Shown here piece by piece: positions 9,273 to 18,588 of a stretch of 32,000 bases of DNA. Each line of letters starts with the position of its first letter. Positions within the stretch are counted from its first letter, which is position 1. The notes beneath the pieces are model-generated. The model worked only from the letters and a program-made list of their open reading frames with translations, searched no databases and was not told where the DNA came from. Made by a program: the position numbers and the translations under genes. This DNA is from Candidatus Saccharimonadota bacterium (GTDB lineage Bacteria; Bacteroidota; Bacteroidia; Cytophagales; Amoebophilaceae), in NCBI RefSeq assembly GCF_936981045.1, contig NZ_OW441264.1, positions 630,001 through 662,000 of the forward strand, given 5' to 3'.

Positions 9273-9875
9273 ATGTTTAATATTTCGCCCAAATTATTAC
9301 CTTATTTTAAGGGCTATTGTTCTTCAGCAGAAGTCATCCTGTTATTTGTCTAGATGAAGTGTCGTTTTTCCTTGAGCTATAGAGATTTGGAAGATATGAT
9401 GCGTATGAGAGGCGCAAGAGTTGATCATTCTACGCTACAAAGATGGGTTATTAAGTTTGTTCCTCTTATAGATGAAGCAGTAAGCAAAAGAAAACGACCA
9501 GTTGGTGGTAGTTGGAGAATGGATGAAACCTATGTTAAACTAAACGGGAAGTGGATCTATTTATATAGAGCAGTAGATCGTTATGGTGATACAGTTAACT
9601 TTTTTTTATCTGAGCATAGAGACAAGTCTGCAGCTTTTTCTTTTTTTCGTAAGGCGATCACAGAAAATAATATTCCTAAGAAAGTAGTAATTGACAAAAG
9701 CGGTAGTAATAAAGCTGCCCTTGATACGATCAATACAGAACTTGATCAAGATTATACCATTCAAATATTTCAAAACAAATACTTGAATAATAGAGTTGAA
9801 CAAGATCATAGGTTTATCAAAAAACGGCTAAAACCTATGCTTAGTTTTAAGTGTTTTAAGTCTGCAGCCATTGCA
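9273..9875 (+). pseudogene. IS6-family transposase, N-terminal 201 codons (in-frame TAG at 9351..9353)
   Basis: MFNISPKLLPYFKGYCSSAEVILLFV*MKCRFSLSYRDLEDMMRMRGARVDHSTLQRWV...WRMDETYVKLNGKWIYLYRAVD... follows the IS26-like pattern (HTH, DETYVK, YLYRA.D). Confidence 0.8.
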
Positions 9876-10234
9876 CGCCGGCACAGGTGTGCAACAAATG
9901 GGGTGTAAGTCCCCTGACTCTAATTTGTCTATTTCGGGAGTCTAGCAGGAGGTTGGATTTGTGGGGTGATTCACAGGTTTAAGTTACCTTTAAATGCATC
10001 TGCAAAATAGCGGGCTGCAACAAAAGTGAACCTAAATTAGCCTCGTTAAGCCGTTTAAGCGCATTTGCCGACTATCTAGTGGCTACAGGAAGGCTGATAG
10101 TAGGATGGAAAAAATAGACCATGACCATCATACAAGTGCCGGGGTGTTAGGGGTTGCACGCTATGAATGTTTCACATCGTAGTCCGGGAGATCTGATATG
10201 AATCCAGTAGGCCACTGGAAACTTTATTGTATAA
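9876..10234 (+). mobile_element. Type-1 group II intron-bearing insert, 5' 359 nt
   Basis: Near-identical to 14259..14617. GTGTGCAAC begins 11 nt after the CCATTGCA repeat. Confidence 0.75.
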
Positions 10235-10474
10235 ACCTCAGTTCGGTATTTATTTGACTGATTTACAACAATTTAATATCAATTATTTAGTTAATATTTA
10301 CACCTATTTAACAAGTTTTTATATCTAATTTTATAAATATAATATATATAATAAACTGATTATCAGAATTATTTGTTATTCAACTACCTATTTAACTGTC
10401 TATAAAACAAATTTTATAAATTTTTATTAATATTGATTATCAAATGAAAAAATAATATAATCCTGAACTCAGGT
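10235..10474 (+). mobile_element. MITE copy 3 (240 bp), no target duplication
   Basis: ACCTCAGTTCGGTATTTATTTGACTG...AATCCTGAACTCAGGT. The left flank is intron sequence (TATAA) and the right flank is a truncated MATE gene (TAATA). Confidence 0.9.
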
Positions 10475-11378
10475 TAATAATATGATCAAAAGCTATCTGG
10501 AGGGCCATGCTCATGGAAACATTGCATTGCTTTTAACTTTTTTTACACTGATTACTAATTTAATATTTAATTTTTTATTGATGTATGGGCCATGTGGTTT
10601 GCCAATGCTTGGGTTGAATAGAGCGGCTATTTCCATTGTGCTTTCAGAAACACTTACGGCCGTAGCAGGTGCGCTCTATTTGATGTATATATCACCACAA
10701 GGTCAGTATATAATGGATTTCAATGGGAGCCAAGTATCGTGGCGATATTTTAGAAAAATATTGTGGATCACTTGGCCAGTCGGGCTCCAGTTTGGAATAG
10801 AGGGCGCTTATCTGCTTTTTATTGCCATAATAGTACGTTGGATCAACATAGAAGCACAAGTCGCACATGCTATTCTATTTAATATTTGCCAATTAATTAC
10901 CATTTTTGCTATTGGTTTAGGGCTTTCTGGTTCGATATAGGTGACCCAACAACATCATCCAAAAAATGGCTGCTTAGTTAGGCAGGTAGCGTTTATCGCA
11001 TGTTTTATGATTGGTATGGTTTCCATAATAGTTGGGCTGATGCTACTCACGATTGGTCCTTATATGGTTTCTGTTTATAAACCTGTCGATGCTGTACGTT
11101 CTGTGGTAAGGCTATTAATTACATATCTATCTCTTTTTCAATTATTTTATAGTATGGGCCATTGGGGAAATAGTATATTACGTGGTTTGAATGATAATGC
11201 CTTTTTATTCCTGTTTAGTCTGATCACACAACTTATAGGAGTAGGTATGTGCTATATTTTAGTTATAAAATATAACTGGAACATCAGTGGTATATGGATC
11301 GCTTTGATACTGGAACTCATGCTACTCATCTTTTTTTTACTTATTCGGTTTGATTATAAAACTAGAATATCTGCTTAG
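10475..11378 (+). pseudogene. MATE-family efflux transporter, 5'-truncated and with an internal TAG
   Basis: ORFs 10482..10940 and 10941..11378 are collinear, hydrophobic and MATE-like (GLPMLGLNRAAISIVLSE, NSILRGLNDN). The N-terminal third of the protein is absent and TAG at 10938..10940 splits the frame. Confidence 0.7.
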
Positions 11379-11564
11379 AATGATAAAAACCCTCTGCGCA
11401 TAAATGGTTGGTATACATACCAATCCTATAAAGGTGATATAGCCTAAGTCAAAGATGCTATTTATAAAACTTAATAGAGGGTTATAACTTGATTGCTATC
11501 TATTTTTTGGTTATTTTCTCAAAGCATACACGCGTTTCTTGTTTTGGGTTCTATAATATAAGCT

Positions 11565-12308
11565 ATGATCAAAGCATTTGGAGCATATTTACTTTTTTTA
11601 CGTGCTATGTTTGGAAACCCTGTTCCATACCGCATGTTTTTGTCTCGGGTTGCTAAAGAATGCATTCAAGTGGGGGTTGACTCTCTTTTTATTGTTTGTA
11701 TTATTTCTATTTTTATGGGGGGGGCTACCTGTATTCAGCTTGCATCTCAATTAAAAAATCCACTTATAACGAAAGATTTTATAGGTGTTGCGGTACGCAA
11801 TATGACGGTTTCTGAATTAGCGCCAACTGTAATTGGTATTGTTTTTACCGGCAACATAGGTTCTAGTATGGCTAGTGAGTTGGGTTCTATGCGCATTAGT
11901 GAGCAAATAGATGCATTAGAGATTATGGGTGTAAATGCCAATAACTATTTGGTTTTACCTAAAATTATTGCTAGCGTTTGCATGTATCCGTTGTTGGTTA
12001 TTGTAGCTATGTTTCTTTCTATTTATGGTGGATTTCTCTCTTGTAAATGGCTTACGTCAGTCTCTCCTCAAGCCTATATAAATGGGTTAAGAAATGCGTT
12101 TGATGCATATGATGTGCATGTAGCACTTTATAAATCATTGGTTTATAGCTTTATTATCTCTTCTATTTCCTGTTACAAAGGGTTTTTTACAAGGGGTGGG
12201 TCATTAGATGTAGGAAGGTCCAGTACAAATGCCGTTACCAATAGTTGTATTGCTATTCTAGTAGCAGATCTATTTTTAGTTTATGTTTTACTTGGTCATC
12301 GTATCTAA
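11565..12308 (+). CDS. mlaE: MlaE/Ttg2B-family ABC transporter permease
   Basis: A 247-aa multi-pass membrane ORF with a MlaE-like core (ELAPTVIGIVFTGNIGSSMASELGSMRISEQIDALEIMGVN). The cognate ATPase starts 15 nt downstream. Confidence 0.85.
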   Translation: MIKAFGAYLLFLRAMFGNPVPYRMFLSRVAKECIQVGVDSLFIVCIISIFMGGATCIQLASQLKNPLITKDFIGVAVRNMTVSELAPTVIGIVFTGNIGSSMASELGSMRISEQIDALEIMGVNANNYLVLPKIIASVCMYPLLVIVAMFLSIYGGFLSCKWLTSVSPQAYINGLRNAFDAYDVHVALYKSLVYSFIISSISCYKGFFTRGGSLDVGRSSTNAVTNSCIAILVADLFLVYVLLGHRI

Positions 12309-12323
12309 ACTGACCGCTCCTTT

Positions 12324-13082
12324 ATGATTACCTTCGAAAATATTTCCAAAACTTTTAATAATAAAGTGGTTCTAAATGGGATCACTGGTACATTTAAAGC
12401 TGGACAAATAAGTTTGGTAATAGGGGCCAGTGGAACTGGGAAAAGTCTTTTAATTAAATGTTTACTTGGATTAGTAATACCAGACCAAGGCGTTGCTCTT
12501 TTTGATGGGCGTGATCTAGTATATGGAGATAGGTTGCTGCAAACCGAAATAAGGCGGGAAATTGGTATGCTCTTTCAGGGGGGGGCTTTATTTGATTCTA
12601 AAAACATAGAGGAAAATGTTCGTTTTCCGTTAGATGTGCTCACTACTATGAGTGTATCAGAAAAGAAAGATCGTGTGCATGAGTGTTTGGTACAAGTAGG
12701 TCTTACAGATGCACACCATAAGATGCCTAATGAGTTGAGTGGTGGTATGAAAAAGCGTGCTGGTATAGCTAGGGCTATCGTGAACTATCCTAAATATTTG
12801 TTTTGTGACGAACCTAACTCAGGTCTAGATCCTCAAACATCACTTAAAATAGATGAGTTAATTGCACAGGTAACCCATACCTATAAAACAACCACTGTGA
12901 TAGTGACCCATGACATGAATACGATTTTATCTTGGGGCGATTTTATTCTATTCTTACACCAGGGTAAAAAATCATGGGAGGGTAATTCTAAAGATATTTT
13001 ATATACTAGACTAAAGGAACTACAAGACTTTCTATTTGTTGGGAAGATTAAAGAACTTTTGTTGCAGGAAAATAATAAGTAG
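12324..13082 (+). CDS. mlaF: MlaF-like ABC transporter ATP-binding protein
   Basis: Walker A is GASGTGKS, the ABC signature is LSGGMKKR, and Walker B is LFCDEPNSGLD. 252 aa. Confidence 0.9.
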   Translation: MITFENISKTFNNKVVLNGITGTFKAGQISLVIGASGTGKSLLIKCLLGLVIPDQGVALFDGRDLVYGDRLLQTEIRREIGMLFQGGALFDSKNIEENVRFPLDVLTTMSVSEKKDRVHECLVQVGLTDAHHKMPNELSGGMKKRAGIARAIVNYPKYLFCDEPNSGLDPQTSLKIDELIAQVTHTYKTTTVIVTHDMNTILSWGDFILFLHQGKKSWEGNSKDILYTRLKELQDFLFVGKIKELLLQENNK

Positions 13083-13178
13083 TGCAGGATGACTATCTTA
13101 ATACATCTAGGTGGTAGTGCTACGAAAAAAACCTATCCATTTAGCCTTGGGAACAAGAAAAAATGCCCCATTGTAAAA

Positions 13179-13418
13179 ACGTCAGTTCGGGATTTATTTG
13201 ACTGATTTACAACAATTTAATATCAATTATTTAGTTAATATTTGCACCTATTTAACAAGTTTTTATATCTAATTTTATAAATATAATATACATAATAAAC
13301 TGATTATCAGAATTATTTGTTATTCAATTACCTATTTAACTATCTATAAAACAAATTTTATAAATTTTTATTAATATTGATTATCAAATGAAAAAATAAT
13401 CTAATCCCGAACTCACGT
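13179..13418 (+). mobile_element. MITE copy 4 (240 bp) with 5-bp TSD TAAAA
   Basis: ACGTCAGTTCGGGATT...CTAATCCCGAACTCACGT, flanked by TAAAA at 13174..13178 and 13419..13423. Confidence 0.95.
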
Positions 13419-13655
13419 TAAAAAGTTGCCAGTAGGAAATATACCATTAAAGATGATTAGAAGATTAGTTTAATGGGGCCGAGGGGTGGCTTCTGATTTT
13501 CCAGCTGCAAGGAGTGCTTTCAGCAACTTTTTCCAGAGGGCTTGATTTTTTGTACACTTTTTTATCAAGAAAAAAGTGTGATACAAATTCCGGTTTTGTC
13601 GCGTTTATTCTAAAAAATCATTATTTTAGTATCTGCAGTTAAAAAAGTAGTTATT

Positions 13656-14258
13656 ATGTTTAATATTTCGCCCAAATTATTACCTTATTTTAAGGGCTAT
13701 TGTTCTTCAGCAGAAGTCATCCTGTTATTTGTCTAGATGAAGTATTGTTTTTCCTTGAGCTATAGAGATTTGGAAGATATGATGCGTATGAGAGGCGCAA
13801 GAGTTGATCATTCTACGCTACAAAGATGGGTTATTAAGTTTGTTCCTCTTATAGATGAAGCAGTAAGCAAAAGAAAACGACCAGTTGGTGGTAGTTGGAG
13901 AATGGATGAAACCTATGTTAAACTAAACGGGAAGTGGATCTATTTATATAGAGCAGTAGATCGTTATGGTGATACAGTTAACTTTTTTTTATCTGAGCAT
14001 AGAGACAAGTCTGCAGCTTTTTCTTTTTTTCGTAAGGCGATCACAGAAAATAATATTCCTAAGAAAGTAGTAATTGACAAAAGCGGTAGTAATAAAGCTG
14101 CCCTTGATACGATCAATACAGAACTTGATCAAGATCATACCATTCAAATATTTCAAAACAAATACTTGAATAATAGAGTTGAACAAGATCATAGGTTTAT
14201 CAAAAAACGGCTAAAACCTATGCTTAGTTTTAAGTGTTTTAAGTCTGCAGCCATTGCA
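13656..14258 (+). pseudogene. IS6-family transposase N-terminal 201 codons (in-frame TAG at 13734..13736)
   Basis: Same sequence as 9273..9875 apart from a few substitutions (for example C3Y, Y133H). Confidence 0.8.
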
Positions 14259-15684
14259 CGCCGGCACAGGTGTGCAACAAATGGGGTGTAAGTCCCCTGA
14301 CTCTAATTTGTCTATTTCGGGAGTGTAGCAGGAGGTTGGATTTGTGGGGTGATTCACAGGTTTAAGTTACCTTTAAATGCATCTGCAAAATAGCGGGCTG
14401 CAACAAAAGTGAACCTAAATTAGCCTCGTTAAGCCGTTTAAGCGCATTTGCCGACTATCTAGTGGCTACAGGAAGGCTGATAGTAGGATGGAAAAAATAG
14501 ACCATGACCATCATACAAGTGCCGGGGTGTTAGGGGTTGCACGCTATGAATGTTTCACATCGTAGTCCGGGAGATCTGATATGAATCCAGTAGGCCACTG
14601 GAAACTTTATTGTATAAGTAAAGCGAAATCAATAAGGGTCATATCAGAAGTCCGCGGGGTCTATAATACCGTTCGTATTGATTGGGAAACCACTCAAGAG
14701 GAAAGGGACCCTACTTCAGTTAACGAGTTTAAAAGAGTTGAGAATGTCTGATTGCCCTAAAGCTATGAACGGAACATTAAAAGTTCAGCAACTCCAAAGA
14801 ACTCTATATCTCAAATCCAAGCAATGTAAGGAAGTCAGATTTTATAGTATATATGATAAAATTTATCTAAAAGATGTACTTTGGGAAGCTTGGCGTCAAG
14901 TCAAAGCAAATCAAGGTTCAGCAGGGATTGATGGTAAAAGCATAAGTGATATAATAGATCAAGGTGAGGCAAAGATTATCAATAAATTGCAGCAGCAACT
15001 ACGCGCAAAGCTATACAAATTTACCTCAAGCAGGTTGGTAGAAATACCCAAAGCTAAAGGTGGAACAAGGCCACTAGAGGTAATGACCGTAGAAGATCTC
15101 ATAGTGCTCACAGCAATGAAAATAGTCATTGAACCGATCTTCGAAGCTGATTTTCATGAATGTTCATACGGCTATAGACCGAAACGAGGAACCAAACAAG
15201 CGAGTTTAGTGATCCGAGAAGATCTATACCAGCAGGCATGGGGCGTAGTTGAGATTGATTTTCAATCATACTTTACTAGCATCTCACACGAAAAGTTATT
15301 AAAACTTATTAGTAAAAGGATAGCAGATGGCAGTATGTTGAAGCTAATTAAACAAACCCTAACAACGTCAATAGTAAAACAAGGTAAAATTACATGCAAG
15401 AAAGTTGGAGTACCGCAAGGATCACCAATATCACCGTTGTATAGTAATCTACCTAAATGTTATAGACCAAGTGTGGCACTCAAGGGGGTATCCAGAAAAG
15501 CTAAACGCAACCTTGCATAGGTATTGTGATGATGCAATTTTGGTATGTCGTAAGAGTGCTAGCTTAGCGCTGGAGAAATTCACAGAATTAGTAAGGAGGT
15601 TATCGCTCATTATTAACCACCAAAAGACACGAATAACGAAACTGAAAGAAGGCTTTAACTTCATAGGTTTTTACTTTGTAAAAA
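14259..15684 (+). mobile_element. Type-1 group II intron-bearing insert, 5' 1.4 kb
   Basis: It follows CCATTGCA (14251..14258). GTGTG lies at 14270..14274, then about 400 nt of non-coding RNA region, then the RT ORF. Confidence 0.8.
14678..15684 (+). pseudogene. Group II intron reverse transcriptase (2-nt deletion frameshift, 3' truncated)
   Basis: WEAWRQVKANQGSAGIDG, GGTRPLEVMTVEDLIV, YGYRPKRGTKQA and GVPQGSPISPL are read in one frame. IYLNVIDQVWH...RYCDDAILVC follows in the +1 frame, with the break near 15446..15449. Confidence 0.85.
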
Positions 15685-15924
15685 ACGTGAGTTCGAGATT
15701 AGATTATTTTTTCATTTGATAATCAATATTAATAAAAATTTATAAAATTTGTTTTATAGACAGTTAAATAGGTAGTTGAATAACAAATAATTCTGATAAT
15801 CAGTTTATTATATATATTATATTTATAAAGTTAGATATAAAAACTTGTTAAATAGGTGCAAATATTAACTAAATAATTGATATTAAATTGTTGTAAATCA
15901 GTCAAATAAATCCCGAACTGAGGT
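15685..15924 (-). mobile_element. MITE copy 5 (240 bp), no target duplication
   Basis: ACGTGAGTTCGAGATTAGATT...AAATAAATCCCGAACTGAGGT. It joins a truncated RT ORF to a truncated IS256-B transposase. Confidence 0.9.
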
Positions 15925-17112
15925 TTCCAGACTTTTTGATCAAGACGGCTTACTCAAACAATTAAGTAAGCGTCTTGTAGAAAAAGCATTACAGTCAGAA
16001 ATGGATGACCATTTAGGTTATAATAAGTATGCACGTAGTGATTCAGAGAATGTACGTAATGGATTATCCAGTAAGCACGTTATTACTGATAATGGCGTTA
16101 TATCGGTTGAAGTACCCAGAGGTAGAGCATCGACTTTTGAACCTATTTTATTGCCTAATCGTCAAACAAGAATTCCTAGTTTGGATGATAAGATCTTATC
16201 TTTATATGCTAAAGGTATGAGTCTGTCAGATATTCAGATTCAAATACAGGAATTATATGGCGCAGAAGTAAGTGAAAGCCTGATAAGTAACATCATAGAC
16301 TCTGTTATTGAAGATGTTAAGATATGGAAAAATCGTCCCTTAGAATCAGTCTATTCTATTGTTTTTTTTGATTGCTTTGTAGTTAAAGTTAGACAAGATA
16401 AGCGCATCATCAACAAGGCAGTCTATGTCGCTTTAGGTATAGATAGATCTAGCATAAAGGATGTTTTAGGGCTTTGGATGAGTGAAAATGAAGGGGCTAA
16501 ATTTTGGTTAGGCAATTTAACAGAACTCAAAAATCGGGGTATGAACGATATGCTCATTGCATGTACAGATAATTTGTCAGGCATGTCTGAGGCCATTGCT
16601 GCTGTATACCCAAAAACGGAACATCAGCTCTGTATTGTTCATGCAATTAGGGGTAGTTTGCAGTATGTTTCTTATAAACATAGAAAGGTATTAGTTGCTG
16701 ATTTAAAACCAATTTATACAGCAGTTACCGAGCAAGAAGCATTGATGGCCTTAGAAGCTTTTGCTACTAAGTGGAATCAACAATACCCACAAATAGCCCA
16801 ATCTTGGTATGCTAACTGGGATAATCTGATGGTATTTTTACAGTACCCTAATGCCATACGTAAGGTCATTTACACAACAAATGTTTGGAATCTGTAAATA
16901 GCCAATTTCATAGAGTTACCAAAAATAAAAAAGTGTTCCCTAACGATCTAGCTGTTTTTAAAACATTATATCTAACTATTAACTACATGACTAGAAAATG
17001 GACCACCTCTATTCATAACTGGAGCGAGGCTATGGCACATTTTTTAATTAAATTTGAAAACAGAATTGAATAAAACCAAAAAACTAATTTACACACTTAA
17101 GTGGACAGAGCC
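15925..17112 (+). mobile_element. IS256-family IS type B, copy 1, 5'-truncated
   Basis: The right end is ...AATTTACACACTTAAGTGGACAGAGCC (to 17112). The same end, reverse-complemented, begins at 24208. Confidence 0.85.
15926..17073 (+). pseudogene. IS256-family (type B) transposase, N-terminally truncated with a -1 frameshift
   Basis: ...LFDQDGLLKQLSKRLVEKALQSEMDDHLGY...IACTDNLSGMSEAI...IYTTNV, then ESVNSQFHRVTKNKKVFPND in the -1 frame (junction at 16880..16897). Confidence 0.85.
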
Positions 17113-17220
17113 GCTTTTGAGAATTTTGTTATGCTAATGGCCGAATAATACGCAATATATATCCAAAACTTCACTTAAAAGAAAAGACGTTACTAACGAA
17201 AATATAGAAGCGACAGAACC
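17113..17220 (+). mobile_element. IS6-family right-end remnant (108 bp, IRR facing accC)
   Basis: It is the reverse complement of 18633..18740 with a handful of mismatches and ends ...GAAGCGACAGAACC at 17220. Confidence 0.85.
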
Positions 17221-17232
17221 TTTTGATCTACT

Positions 17233-18588
17233 ATGTTTCAAAAAATATTGATTGCCAATCGTGGAGAAATTGCTTTAAGCATCATTCGGGTTTGCAAAGA
17301 AATGGGTATTAAAACCGTTGCGGTACATTCTACCGCAGATAAGGATAGCCTACATGTTCGTTTTGCCGATGAATCGGTCTGTATTGGACCACCTCCAAGC
17401 CATTTGTCTTATCTCTCTATTCCATCCATTATTGCTGCTGCGGAAGTAACCAATGCCCATGCGATTCATCCAGGCTATGGTTTTTTATCTGAAAATGCTA
17501 GCTTTGCAAGTATTTGTGCAGAATATGGTATTAAATTTATAGGTCCTTCCGCTACAGCCATTAGCAAAATGGGTGATAAGTCTACTGCAAAAGCAACGAT
17601 GCAGGCTGCCGGTGTACCCACCGTGCCTGGTTCCAATGGGCTACTAACTTCTGTTGATGAAGGCATCCGCCTAGCCCATAAAATAGGCTTCCCTGTATTA
17701 CTCAAAGCAACTGCAGGAGGTGGAGGGAAAGGGATCAAGTTGGTCGATACGCCGAAGGCATTCCAGCAAAAATGGATAGAGGCCAGGCAAGAAGCCATCG
17801 CTTCTTTTGGTAAAGATGGGCTTTATTTGGAAAAATATATAGAAGCACCTCGCCATATCGAGATACAAATCGTGGCAGATCAATATGGTAAAGTCATTCA
17901 TCTATCTGAAAGAGACTGTTCCATCCAGCGTAGACATCAAAAATTGGTAGAAGAAGCCCCTTCTCCCTTTGTAACAGGTCCATTACGGGCAAAAATAACA
18001 GAAGCGGCTATAAAAGGCGTATCTGCTATAGGGTATGAAGGCGTTGGTACCATCGAGTTTTTAGTGGATAAATACCAAAACTTTTACTTTATGGAAATGA
18101 ATACGCGCATTCAAGTAGAATATCTCGTTACACAAGCGGTTACTGGCTTTAATCTACTAAAAACCCAAATTGACATAGCAGCTGGGAAACCACTAGATCT
18201 ACCCAGTCTATATCCGCAAGGTCATGCCATAGAGGTCCGTATCAACGCAGAAGATCCTTTTCATGACTTTCGACCATCTCCTGGAAAAATTAACTATATG
18301 CATTTCCCCGGTGGACTGGGCATAACCATGGCTAGCCATATTTATGCGGGTTATGTAGTGCCTGCTTACTATGATGCTATGATTGCAAAGCTTATTGTGC
18401 ATGCAAATACCAGATTGGATGCGATTGCCAAAATGAAGCACGCATTAGAAGAACTTGTAATAGAGGGTATTCAAACCAATATACCTTTTTATCGTGTTTT
18501 GGTAGAGGATACAGCCTTTCAGGCAGGCCACTTCACTACGCAATACTTAGATACTTTTGACTTTTCACGACTTAAACCAGTAGAATAA
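17233..18588 (+). CDS. accC: Acetyl-CoA carboxylase biotin carboxylase subunit
   Basis: A 451-aa ORF. It has MFQKILIANRGEIA, the ATP-grasp glycine loop ATAGGGGKGIKLV, FMEMNTRIQVE, and a full-length C-terminal domain. Confidence 0.95.
   Translation: MFQKILIANRGEIALSIIRVCKEMGIKTVAVHSTADKDSLHVRFADESVCIGPPPSHLSYLSIPSIIAAAEVTNAHAIHPGYGFLSENASFASICAEYGIKFIGPSATAISKMGDKSTAKATMQAAGVPTVPGSNGLLTSVDEGIRLAHKIGFPVLLKATAGGGGKGIKLVDTPKAFQQKWIEARQEAIASFGKDGLYLEKYIEAPRHIEIQIVADQYGKVIHLSERDCSIQRRHQKLVEEAPSPFVTGPLRAKITEAAIKGVSAIGYEGVGTIEFLVDKYQNFYFMEMNTRIQVEYLVTQAVTGFNLLKTQIDIAAGKPLDLPSLYPQGHAIEVRINAEDPFHDFRPSPGKINYMHFPGGLGITMASHIYAGYVVPAYYDAMIAKLIVHANTRLDAIAKMKHALEELVIEGIQTNIPFYRVLVEDTAFQAGHFTTQYLDTFDFSRLKPVE

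Larger units (their letters stand above)
9209..10234 (+). mobile_element. IS6-family element copy 1 (IRL, transposase N-terminal part, first 359 nt of intron-bearing insert), truncated by MITE
   Basis: IRL is GGTTTTGTCGCGTTTATTCT. The copy is near-identical to 13592..14617 and to the reverse complement of 20660..21930 (that copy also carries MITE copy 7). Confidence 0.85.
13592..15684 (+). mobile_element. IS6-family element copy 2 with group II intron, truncated in the RT ORF by a MITE
   Basis: IRL GGTTTTGTCGCG at 13592. Collinear with copy 3 (the reverse complement of 19590..21930, which also carries MITE copy 7). Confidence 0.85.

Noticed and set aside
9606-9809. 67-aa antisense ORF conserved in three copies (also 13989..14192 and 21085..21288)
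   Set aside because: Its conservation is explained entirely by its position inside the repeated IS6 transposase gene. It lies antisense to a clearly homologous coding frame.
543-10474. MITE copies 1 and 3 as the two separated halves of one insertion at the intron TATAA site
   Set aside because: Both junctions have the same MITE end (the TTTATTTGAC end) next to the intron sequence. A single insertion would show opposite ends. In addition, the intron fragment at 411..542 is noticeably diverged from the other copies.
13554-13579. 10-bp hairpin ACACTTTTTT-ATCAAG-AAAAAAGTGT as a terminator
   Set aside because: The stem is almost entirely A/T, no U tract follows on either strand, and no intact gene ends nearby.
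15449-15664. 71-aa ORF antisense to the RT (also 19613..19828)
   Set aside because: The reasoning is the same as for the IS6 antisense ORF. It is a repeat-derived antisense frame with no motif.
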